DNA from: Candidatus Fermentibacteraceae bacterium | GTDB lineage: Bacteria > Fermentibacterota > Fermentibacteria > Fermentibacterales > JCC-6 | Direction of reading: 5' to 3' | DNA length: 24,769 nt | Assembly: GCA_041686025.1 (NCBI GenBank) | Contig: JAWLEP010000021.1 | Coordinates: 18,505 to 43,273, forward strand | Shown here: positions 16,225 through 24,155 of the stretch, one piece after another | Layout of the letters: the number at the start of each line of letters is the position of its first letter | How positions within the stretch are numbered: the stretch's first letter is position 1 | Program-made: the position numbers and the translations under genes | Notes under the pieces: generated by a model | What the model was told of the DNA's origin: nothing | What the model saw: only the letters and a program-made list of their open reading frames with translations | Database searches by the model: none

Positions 16225-18012
16225 ATGACGGCCGAGGAGCTCAAGAGACTGTACGTTGAATTCTTCGAGGGCAAGGACCACCGGGAGATACCGGGGGCCT
16301 CGCTCATCCCGGAGAACGATCCCACGGTGCTGTTCACCACTGCGGGGATGCACCCGCTGGTGCCCTTCCTGCTGGGGGAGGAGCATCCGGCGGGCAGCCG
16401 GCTGGTGGACGTCCAGAAGTGCATACGCACCGGCGACATAGACGAGGTCGGTGACGCCACGCATCTCACCTTCTTCGAGATGCTGGGCAACTGGTCGCTG
16501 AACGACTACTGGAAGCGCGAGGCCATAGCCTGGAGCTACGAGTTCCTCACCGACGACCGCTGGCTGGGATTCGACCCGGACAGGCTCTACATCACCCTCT
16601 ACGAGGGCGATGAGCAGGTGCCGGCCGACACCGAGTCCGCCGAGATCTGGGAGGAGATGGGCATTCCCGGGGACCGCATCTTCTTCCTGGGCCGGGAGGA
16701 CAACTGGTGGGGCCCGGCCGGGAAGACCGGACCCTGCGGCCCGGACACCGAGATGTTCATCGACACCGGTGCCGACCCCTGCGGCCCCGACTGCAGGCCC
16801 GGCTGCTCCTGCGGCAAGTACTTCGAGATCTGGAACGACGTTTTCATGCAGTACCGGAAGACGGCCGAAGGGGAGTACGAGCCGCTCTCGCGGCGGAACG
16901 TGGACACCGGAATGGGCGTGGAACGGACCGTGGCCATGCTCATGGGGGCGGAGACCGTCTACGACATCCCCGTGTTCCGGCCCGTTCTGGGCGGCATACG
17001 CAAGCTGGCGGGGATAGACGAGGCACCCGACGATGAGACCCTGCGCTCGATGAGGATAATCGCGGACCACATCCGCACCGCCGTCCACATCCTGGGTGAC
17101 GACCTGGGCGTTCCCCCCTCCAACCTCGACCAGGGCTACGTCCTCCGCAGGCTTATCCGCCTGGCCATACGCCACGGAAGGAGGCTGGGCATAGACGAGC
17201 CCTTCACCCACCTCCTGGCCGAGAAGGCCATCGACGCGGAGTCCGGGGGCTATCCCGAGCTCTCCCGCAACCGGGAGCTCATACTATCGGAGATGCAGGC
17301 CGAGGAGGAGCGGTTCGCCAAGACCCTTCGCGACGGCATGCGGGAGTTCGAGAAGAAGCTGCCCAACCTGCTGAAGAACCCGCAGAAGGTGGTCCCGGGA
17401 CGAATAGCGTTCAGGCTGTACGACACCTACGGCTTTCCGGTTGAGTTCACCCGCGACCTGGCCGCCGAGCACGGCCTCACGGTGGACATGGAGGGATACA
17501 GGGAGGCCTTCGAGAAGCACCGCGAGCTCTCCAAGAAGGGGGCCGAGAAGCGCTTCAAAGGCGGGCTGGCCGACGACAGCGAGATGGTGACCAGGCTTCA
17601 TACCGCCACCCATCTGCTCCACCAGGCCCTGAGGACGGTCCTGGGCGAGCACGTGGAGCAGCGGGGAAGCAACATCACCGCCAAAAGGCTCCGGTTCGAC
17701 TTCAGCCATCCCGGCAGGATGACCGACGAGGAGATTTCGCAGGTGGAGGACCTGGTCAACGAGATGATCGAGGCCGACCTGCCGGTGAAGTGCAGCCAGA
17801 AGGAGCTGGACGAGGCCCTGGAGCAGGGCGCCATAGGCCTCTTCAAGGACAAGTACGGCGAGAAGGTGAAGGTATACAGCATCGGCGACTTCTCCCTGGA
17901 GATCTGCGGGGGCCCCCATGTGGACACCACCGGTGAGCTGGGGCACTTCCGCATCGTCAAGGAGAAGAGCTCCTCCCGGGGGGTGCGCAGGATCCGCGCC
18001 GTCCTGGAGTAA
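16225..18012 (+). CDS. alaS: Alanine--tRNA ligase, short form lacking the C-Ala domain
   Basis: 595 aa. DPTVLFTTAGM, HLTFFEMLGN, GPCGP, DTGMGVER and YDTYGFP, plus editing motifs HTATH and CGGPH. Ends at GVRRIRAVLE. Confidence 0.97.
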   Translation: MTAEELKRLYVEFFEGKDHREIPGASLIPENDPTVLFTTAGMHPLVPFLLGEEHPAGSRLVDVQKCIRTGDIDEVGDATHLTFFEMLGNWSLNDYWKREAIAWSYEFLTDDRWLGFDPDRLYITLYEGDEQVPADTESAEIWEEMGIPGDRIFFLGREDNWWGPAGKTGPCGPDTEMFIDTGADPCGPDCRPGCSCGKYFEIWNDVFMQYRKTAEGEYEPLSRRNVDTGMGVERTVAMLMGAETVYDIPVFRPVLGGIRKLAGIDEAPDDETLRSMRIIADHIRTAVHILGDDLGVPPSNLDQGYVLRRLIRLAIRHGRRLGIDEPFTHLLAEKAIDAESGGYPELSRNRELILSEMQAEEERFAKTLRDGMREFEKKLPNLLKNPQKVVPGRIAFRLYDTYGFPVEFTRDLAAEHGLTVDMEGYREAFEKHRELSKKGAEKRFKGGLADDSEMVTRLHTATHLLHQALRTVLGEHVEQRGSNITAKRLRFDFSHPGRMTDEEISQVEDLVNEMIEADLPVKCSQKELDEALEQGAIGLFKDKYGEKVKVYSIGDFSLEICGGPHVDTTGELGHFRIVKEKSSSRGVRRIRAVLE

Positions 18013-18039
18013 AGGCTTCCCGAAGCCGCCCCGAATCGC

Positions 18040-18165
18040 TTCTGCGGGAGAAGGGCGGAGGTCTCGGGCTACACCGAGAGCGTGGACTGGACCGAGAGCG
18101 CGGTTGTGGAGATGCTCTATCTGAGCCTGGTTCTGGCGAAGGGGCTCAGGCCGGCCCAGCGATAG
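18040..18165 (+). pseudogene. Startless gene fragment resembling DUF6642-like proteins
   Basis: From 18061 the frame reads VSGYTESVDWTESAVVEMLYLSLVLAKG to TAG 18163-18165, with coding-like codons and no start codon between the alaS stop and the motif. Family match is from memory. Confidence 0.4.
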
Positions 18166-18278
18166 AGGCTGTTCTGCTGGGTACGGCGTCGGCCGACGCC
18201 GGAGTACTGACGGGCACGGGACTCAGCTGGGCCGATCAGGCAGGCAGCGCCTGCAACGGTAGAGAGGGGAGACCGGAC

Positions 18279-19316
18279 TTGGAGTTTCTGAAGAGGCTTT
18301 GCGAGACCGACGGGATATCCGGACGCGAGGACGCCGTCCTCGATCTGCTGAGGGCCGAGCTCGGCGACCATCTGGACGAGATCCGCACCGACGCCATGAA
18401 GAACTTCATCGGCCTGAAACGGGGAACCGCCGAGGGTGACCGGACCCGGGTCATGCTGGCCGGCCACATCGACGAGATCGGCTTCCTGGTCTACAACGTG
18501 GAGGACAGCGGATTCGCCTACGTGGCGCCGGTGGGGGGATGGAAACCCAAGAACATATACGGACGTACGGTCCGCGTTCACACCAGAAAGGGCGAGGTGC
18601 TGAAGGCGGTGGTGGGCCATCACGCCCCCCTCACCCCCGAGGCGGCCAAGAAGCCCATGGCCATGGACAAGATCTACCTGGACTTCGGCATGCCCGGAGC
18701 CAAGGTGAAGCAGAAGGTGGAGAGGGGCGACTGGGTCTCCATGGACACGGCCTTCTCCGAGCTGGGCGACTGCCTGGTGGCCAAGGCCTTCGACGACAGG
18801 GTCGGGGTCTACATCATCTCCGAGGCCACCAGGCGCTACGAGAACCCCAACATCGACGTCTACTGCGTGGGTACCGCCCAGGAGGAGGTGGGCCTCCGGG
18901 GCGCCACGGTGGCGGCCCAGGAGATCAGGCCCCACATAGGGGTGGCCTCGGACATTACCGGCTCGGCGGACACTCCGGGATACTTCAAGAGGCATCTGAT
19001 CGCCGAGCTGGGCAAGGGCGTAGCCATCAAGTACCAGGACAGCAGCGTCATCAGCTCCACCCGCCTGGTGGACTTCATCCGCTCCATAGGCGACGAGAGG
19101 GAGATCGACTACCAGATGGAGATCCTTCTGCGGGGCGGCACAGACACCGCAGGCATGCAGAAGTTCGGGGCCGGCACCCACGCCACCTGCCTGTCGATAC
19201 CCACCAGGTACGGCCACAGCCCCGCCGCCGTCATACACCGCCACGACGTGGAGACCGCCATAGAGCTGCTCGTGGAGTTTCTGAACCGGGCCCACACCTT
19301 CGACCTGGAGGCCTAG
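18279..19316 (+). CDS. M42 family metallo-aminopeptidase (TET/FrvX-like)
   Basis: TTG start. GISGRED, AGHIDEIG, KAFDDRVG, TAQEEVGLRGA, GGTD and IPTRYGHSP motifs. Confidence 0.93.
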   Translation: MEFLKRLCETDGISGREDAVLDLLRAELGDHLDEIRTDAMKNFIGLKRGTAEGDRTRVMLAGHIDEIGFLVYNVEDSGFAYVAPVGGWKPKNIYGRTVRVHTRKGEVLKAVVGHHAPLTPEAAKKPMAMDKIYLDFGMPGAKVKQKVERGDWVSMDTAFSELGDCLVAKAFDDRVGVYIISEATRRYENPNIDVYCVGTAQEEVGLRGATVAAQEIRPHIGVASDITGSADTPGYFKRHLIAELGKGVAIKYQDSSVISSTRLVDFIRSIGDEREIDYQMEILLRGGTDTAGMQKFGAGTHATCLSIPTRYGHSPAAVIHRHDVETAIELLVEFLNRAHTFDLEA

Positions 19317-19368
19317 TCTGGGAGACGGAAGGGCCCGGAAGAACAGGCACGCGGACCTGAGCAGCGGC

Positions 19369-19902
19369 GTGCGCACCTACGGCGAGTCGGACCTGCGGGA
19401 CCTGGTGGCCGACGAGGCGGACCCCCTGGTCCTGCTTCTGGACCAGGTGCAGGACCCCCACAACCTGGGCGCCATCCTGCGCACCGCCGACGCCGCTGGA
19501 GTCTGTCTCGTGGTGGTCCCCAGGGACCGCTCCTCGCCCATCACCGACACCGTCCGCAAGGTGGCCTGCGGCGCTGCCGAGAACGTGCCCTTCGCCTCGG
19601 TGACCAACCTGGTCCGCTCCATGGAGATACTCAAGGAGGAGGGGGTGTGGATGGCCGGCACCGCCGACCGGGCGGAGGCCTCGCTCTACCAGACCGACCT
19701 CACCGGCCCCCTGGGCATAGTCATGGGCTCGGAGGGCCGGGGAGCCCGCAGGCTCACCCTCGAGCACTGCGACTTCCTGATGGGCATCCCCATGTCGGGG
19801 TCGGTGGAGTGCCTGAACGTCTCGGTGGCCACCGGCGTCTGCCTCTTCGAGGCCGTGCGCCAGCGCACAAAAGGGGACGGAGGTATTTTAAATCGTAAAT
19901 AA
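19369..19902 (+). pseudogene. rlmB: 23S rRNA 2'-O-methyltransferase RlmB, SPOUT catalytic domain only (5'-truncated)
   Basis: DQVQDPHNLGAILR, KVACGAAE, VMGSEG and IPMSGSVECLNVSVA present. N-terminal substrate-binding domain and HQG motif absent; no SD. Tail KGDGGILNRK is encoded by the repeat arm. Confidence 0.7.
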
Positions 19903-19970
19903 ATATAAGAAAACCCGCCACTAATGGCTGTTCTATTTATTTACGATTTAAAATACCTCCGTCCCCTTTT
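19869..19970. repeat. Perfect 37-bp inverted repeat with 28-nt spacer (REPIN/MITE-like)
   Basis: AAAAGGGGACGGAGGTATTTTAAATCGTAAATAAATA at 19869-19905 and its exact reverse complement at 19934-19970. AT-rich relative to the flanks. Confidence 0.93.
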
Positions 19971-20313
19971 AGGTGTTGCCGCCGATCATGCTGATGACGA
20001 ATATCCCTGTGACGATGATGGCGATCACCAGGGCGGTCCTGGCCTTCCGGGGCTTGCTGTCCTTGTTGGTCGCCCAGACGATCCAGCCCACCGGGAAGAA
20101 GAGGAAGGAGAGACAGCCCATTCCGAAGGAGAGCCTGTCGGGCTCGTCGTGGTAGTGGTGTATCTCCCGGATTACCTCCCTGGTGGGGACGGCCTTCTCC
20201 GGCTCCGCCTCCGGGAGGACCTCCTGCCTGGCGTACAGCGTGTCGCAGTAGTCGCAGCGGTAGTCTTCGCCGTTTACCTCCCGCAGCCTCGCGCCGCAGC
20301 TGGGACACTTCAA
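19969..20313 (-). CDS. Small zinc-ribbon membrane protein
   Basis: AAGGAGG SD, TTG 20313. 114 aa with CPSC...CDYC followed by two hydrophobic helices. The TAA stop overlaps the repeat arm end. Confidence 0.75.
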   Translation of the reverse strand: MKCPSCGARLREVNGEDYRCDYCDTLYARQEVLPEAEPEKAVPTREVIREIHHYHDEPDRLSFGMGCLSFLFFPVGWIVWATNKDSKPRKARTALVIAIIVTGIFVISMIGGNT

Positions 20314-20407
20314 GGGATCCTCCTTACACTGAGCCTTCCGGTACGGGCAATACAATATTCGACCGCCGCCACCGCCGCAAATACAGCGGATTACTCGCGT
20401 ATCTGAG

Positions 20408-20426
20408 TTAAAATACCCCCGTCCCC
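20408..20426. repeat. Third partial copy of the repeat arm
   Basis: TTAAAATACCCCCGTCCCC versus TTAAAATACCTCCGTCCCC (19948-19966): 18/19 identical. Confidence 0.8.
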
Positions 20427-20475
20427 GGGTGTGGAAAAGTGTAGCGGGCCGGGGAGAGCATGAGTATTATAGGGT

Positions 20476-22152
20476 ATGGCATCAACCTACCGTATTCTGG
20501 CGGAAGCAAAGCAGAGCTCGCTGGCGGGCGCCCTGTCCTCGGCATGGGAGACCAACAGGCTGAAACTCATCGCCGGCGGTCTTACCGTGCTGGTGATCGT
20601 GCCCTCCATGTACCTCCTCTTCGACTTCCTTTTCGGCTACCTCACCGGACTGGAGGACGTAGCTTTCGGCGAGGCCCTGGCCCGGAGGCTGCTGTCCATG
20701 GCCATGATGACCTTCGGCATCTTCATTGTGGTCTCCTCCCTGATCAGCGGGGTATCCACCCTCTACCGCTCCGACGAGACCGCCTTTCTGCTCACCCTGC
20801 CCATACCGGGCGGGGCGGTGGCCCGGTTCCGGACGGTGGAGAGCTGGTTCTACGCCGGATGGGCCATGCTCCTGCTGGGAATCCCGGTGGTGCTGGCCTA
20901 CACCGGCTCGCTGAGCCAGCCCATTGCCGCCTCCATATACGGGGTGGTGACATTTCCGCTTCTCATACTGTCCTGGCTGGGAGGGGGAAGCCTTCTGCTG
21001 TCCCTCTTCTCCCGCATGGGCGGGCTCTCCACCCTCTGGAAGGCGGTGGCGGCGACGGTGATACTGGCAGCAGTTGGCATACTGCTGCTGGTGAGCAGCA
21101 GCGCCCCGGAGGAGATCGTGATACCCGACGCCGCCGCCACCGAGGCCGCGGTACAGAGTTTCGTGGCCTCGCTGCCCAGCACGGGATGGAGCGGATGGCC
21201 CCATACGCTGTACGGCTCCTCCATCGCCCACCTTGCCGCCGGGAGCACCTCCGGCGCCCTGGTGAGAACCGGCCTCATGGCGTTCGAGGGTTTTGCCCTG
21301 GGTCTTCTGGCCCTCTTCCTGACCGGCCGCGGCTTCCGGCGCCGGTTCGCCCGGGTGGGGCAGACGTCGCAGGCTGGCACCAGCTCCGCCCCCGGGCTGA
21401 TAGCCGGCGGCGGCAGGCTGCGGGCCTTCTTCGGGAAGGACCTGCTGCTGTTCCTGCGGGACCCCGTGCAGTGGAGCCAGCTGGGCCTGCTGGTGGGCCT
21501 GTTTCTGCTGTACGCGGCCAACCTGCGGCGATTCCCCATGAACTTCGACAGCCACGTATGGCTGTCCGTTGCCGTCTTCATGAACATCTCCTTCTCCGGC
21601 TTCGTGGCTGCCACCCTGCTGGTGCGCTTCGCCTTTCCCTCGGTGAGCCTGGAGGGCCCGGGCCTGGCGGCCATACTCCAGGTTCCCGGCGGCCGGCGAC
21701 TGCTGCTGCGGTCCAAGTGGCTGCAGTCCTTCCTGGCCGTCACGCCCCTGATGGTGGGAGCGGGCCTGGCTTCTTCGCTCAGCATCGGGGCGGGGTCGCT
21801 GCTGCTGGTGGAGTCCGGGGGCGCGCTGCTTCTGGTCTGTACCGCTCTGGTTTCCATAAACATCGCCCTGGGGGCCATATATCCCCGTTTCGACGACAAC
21901 AACGCAGCCAACATAGCCAGCGGCCAGGGGGGCATCATTGCGGCCTTCGCCTCCACGGCCTTCGTGCTGCTGGTGGTGGCCTCCCTCTCCTGGGTCACCC
22001 GCAGCTACATGGTGATGGGGTACCGGGAGTCGGCCATGCTGGAGCCCCTGCTGCGGGCCGGAGTGGTACTGGTGCCCCTCTCGCTGGCGGCCGGAGCGAT
22101 CCCCATGGTGGTGGCCGGCCGCAGCTTCGGCAGCAGGGACGTGTCCAGATGA
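20476..22152 (+). CDS. Putative ABC transporter permease subunit (ABC-2-like)
   Basis: 558 aa polytopic protein with LYRSDETAFLLTLPI, KDLLLFLRDPVQWSQ, RFAFPSVSLEG and IYPRFD. Confidence 0.78.
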   Translation: MASTYRILAEAKQSSLAGALSSAWETNRLKLIAGGLTVLVIVPSMYLLFDFLFGYLTGLEDVAFGEALARRLLSMAMMTFGIFIVVSSLISGVSTLYRSDETAFLLTLPIPGGAVARFRTVESWFYAGWAMLLLGIPVVLAYTGSLSQPIAASIYGVVTFPLLILSWLGGGSLLLSLFSRMGGLSTLWKAVAATVILAAVGILLLVSSSAPEEIVIPDAAATEAAVQSFVASLPSTGWSGWPHTLYGSSIAHLAAGSTSGALVRTGLMAFEGFALGLLALFLTGRGFRRRFARVGQTSQAGTSSAPGLIAGGGRLRAFFGKDLLLFLRDPVQWSQLGLLVGLFLLYAANLRRFPMNFDSHVWLSVAVFMNISFSGFVAATLLVRFAFPSVSLEGPGLAAILQVPGGRRLLLRSKWLQSFLAVTPLMVGAGLASSLSIGAGSLLLVESGGALLLVCTALVSINIALGAIYPRFDDNNAANIASGQGGIIAAFASTAFVLLVVASLSWVTRSYMVMGYRESAMLEPLLRAGVVLVPLSLAAGAIPMVVAGRSFGSRDVSR

Positions 22153-22541
22153 GCCCCGGAGCCGACGTGGGCATCGACTACGGCAGCAAGAGGGTGGGCC
22201 TGGCCATCTGCATCTCCGGCGTGGTGGTTCCCCAGCAGCCCCTACTGGAGCCGGCCTGGGACGACATCGTCTCCCGCTTGAGGGAGCTGGCGGAGGGCTA
22301 CGGGTCCGGCCGGGTGGTGCTGGGGTTTCCCCTTGCCGCCTCCGGCAACCGCATTCCCCTCTGCGACGAGGTGGAGAAGCTGGCCCGCCACCTGAGGGAA
22401 ATGGGCTTCGAGGTGCATCTGCAGCGGGAGACAGGCACCACCCTGGAAGCCAGGCAGTTCCGCGACTCGTCCCGGCGGGACGGCAAGACCGACTCCCTGG
22501 CCGCCGCCATAGTGCTGAAACGCTTCCTGGGGATGGCCTGA
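22149..22541 (+). CDS. ruvX: YqgF/RuvX family RNase H-fold nuclease (pre-16S rRNA processing)
   Basis: ATG 22149 (ATGA overlap with the permease stop). 130 aa. GIDYGSKRVGLA, VLGFPL, E.GTT.EA and DSLAAAIVL. Confidence 0.88.
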   Translation: MSPGADVGIDYGSKRVGLAICISGVVVPQQPLLEPAWDDIVSRLRELAEGYGSGRVVLGFPLAASGNRIPLCDEVEKLARHLREMGFEVHLQRETGTTLEARQFRDSSRRDGKTDSLAAAIVLKRFLGMA

Positions 22542-23512
22542 TGCGGAGGACGCTGCTGGTCCTGGCCATCCTGGTGCCGCTGCTGGCTCTGGCCGCATAC
22601 GGCCTCTTCCGGTGGGTGTCGTCCCCTCCGGGGTCGGGGCGGACTGTGGAGCTCCCCGTACCCAGGGGCATCGGGGCCCGCGGCGTGGCAGAGCTGCTGG
22701 CGGACTCCGGCCTCGTCCGCAGCTCGCATTACGTGCTCTGGAGGTACTCCAGGATGGAGGGGAAGCCCCCGCTGCAGGCCGGCAGGTACATGCTCTCCGA
22801 CACCATGCAGGTGGACTCCATCCTCTCCCGCCTGGCCTCCGGCCGGGTGATGCCGGTGCCCACCCACTGGGTGGCCATACCCGAGGGGCTGAGGATGGAC
22901 ACCACGCTGGCCCTGCTGTCCGACTCCCTGGACATCCCGCTCCCGGTGCTGGACAGCCTGGCCCGGGACAGCGCCTTCCTGGAGGACCTGGGAGTACCCT
23001 GCCTGGAGGGCTACCTCTACCCCGAGACCTACGAGCTGGCCGACACCCTCTCCCCCCGCCAGGTGATATCCAGGATCGTCCGCACGGGTCTCTCCCGCTG
23101 GGAGCCGGCGGAGGGAGCGGGACGGCACCGGACGGTGATACTGGCCTCGATCGTGGAGAGGGAGGCCAGGGTGGACGAAGAGCGGGCGCTGATCGCCGGG
23201 GTCTTCGCCAATCGCCTGCGGCGGGGGATGAAGCTGGAGAGCTGCGCCACAGTCCAGTACGCCCTGGGAGAGGTGCGGGATATCCTGCTATACAGCGACC
23301 TGGGGCTGGACAGCCCCTACAATACCTACATCCACGAGGGTCTGCCCCCCGGCCCCATCTGCTCGCCGGGCAGGAAGGCGCTGGAGGCGGCGGTTTCCCC
23401 CGACACCAGCGAAGGCTATCTTTACTTCGTCAGCAGGGGGGACGGCTCCGGAAGGCACCTGTTCGCCAGAACACACGCCGAGCACGCCCGAAACATTCGC
23501 AGCGTGAGGTGA
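22541..23512 (+). CDS. mltG: Endolytic transglycosylase MltG (YceG)
   Basis: N-terminal TM helix. IPEG, LEGYLYPETY, LASIVERE, IAGVFANRL, SPYNTY...GLPPGPI and YLYFV. Confidence 0.95.
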   Translation: MRRTLLVLAILVPLLALAAYGLFRWVSSPPGSGRTVELPVPRGIGARGVAELLADSGLVRSSHYVLWRYSRMEGKPPLQAGRYMLSDTMQVDSILSRLASGRVMPVPTHWVAIPEGLRMDTTLALLSDSLDIPLPVLDSLARDSAFLEDLGVPCLEGYLYPETYELADTLSPRQVISRIVRTGLSRWEPAEGAGRHRTVILASIVEREARVDEERALIAGVFANRLRRGMKLESCATVQYALGEVRDILLYSDLGLDSPYNTYIHEGLPPGPICSPGRKALEAAVSPDTSEGYLYFVSRGDGSGRHLFARTHAEHARNIRSVR

Positions 23513-23601
23513 ATAGCCGCATACCTGGATTGACGGCTGGGAGGCCCTTCTTATCTTGACTATGCTTCCCGGGAAACACTCAGGCGAAAGGACTGGAGGA
23601 G

Positions 23602-24120
23602 ATGGGAAGGAAGCTTGATTTTCTGGAGAAGGCCGTAAGGCTGATTCCCGGATACAAAGGCTACAAGCGCAAGGAGGAGCGACGCGACAACGACCAGCTC
23701 CTCCGGATGACGCTGGTAAAGAGGCTGGAGCAGGCGCGGACGAAGGGCAGGGAGGTCACCGGCGGGCTCAAGGGGCCGGCGGCCCTGAAGGCCGTGGGCG
23801 GCCTCGACCGCGTGGACAAGCGCCTGGAGAAGGTCATAGACGAGATCCGCTTCGCTGCCAGGGGTTACCGCGGCCTGTTCGACATGCACAAGGTCCGGGA
23901 GAACGAGCTGGACGACCTCTACAGGTTCGACGTGGAGCTGGTGGAGAGCGTGCAGGACGTGGAGAATGCCATAGACGAGCTGGCCTCCGCCGCCGACTCC
24001 GGACAGGACATGGCTCCCCACATCAAGGCGGTGGTGGAGCTGCTGATGGCCTTCAGCGACAAGATGGATTCCCGCAGTGAGCTGATGATTGACCTGGAGA
24101 AGAACACGCCTGCCGACTGA
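23602..24120 (+). CDS. Conserved-looking helical hypothetical protein
   Basis: GGAGGAG SD. 172 aa with strong codon bias and IPGYKGY..KEERR motif. 35 nt upstream of the SPFH gene. Confidence 0.75.
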   Translation: MGRKLDFLEKAVRLIPGYKGYKRKEERRDNDQLLRMTLVKRLEQARTKGREVTGGLKGPAALKAVGGLDRVDKRLEKVIDEIRFAARGYRGLFDMHKVRENELDDLYRFDVELVESVQDVENAIDELASAADSGQDMAPHIKAVVELLMAFSDKMDSRSELMIDLEKNTPAD

Positions 24121-24155
24121 TACGGCCGGCGCGGCACTCTGAGAGGAAGGCAGCG

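Noticed and set aside
13692..16490. 932-aa minus-strand ORF
   Set aside because: Antisense shadow of spt, bcerS and alaS caused by GC-rich codon bias; no motifs.
19937..20308. 123-aa ORF sharing the KGDGGILNRK C-terminus with RlmB
   Set aside because: The shared tail is just the repeat arm translated on the other strand. The overlapping frame with SD, CxxC pairs and TM helices is the credible gene.
19869..20426. CRISPR array or integron attC sites
   Set aside because: Copies are inverted and irregularly spaced, the arms are perfect with no extrahelical bases or proper RYYYAAC/GTTRRRY pair, and no cas or intI gene is present.
20460..22541. 693-aa ORF appearing as a large RuvX fusion
   Set aside because: The first ~560 aa are an off-frame overlap of the permease. 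The real gene starts at ATG 22149.
20482..22671. 729-aa minus-strand ORF and similar long antisense ORFs (1985-3253, 11809-12801, 18117-19376)
   Set aside because: Shadows of well-supported opposite-strand genes, with low-complexity G/A/P/R-rich translations.
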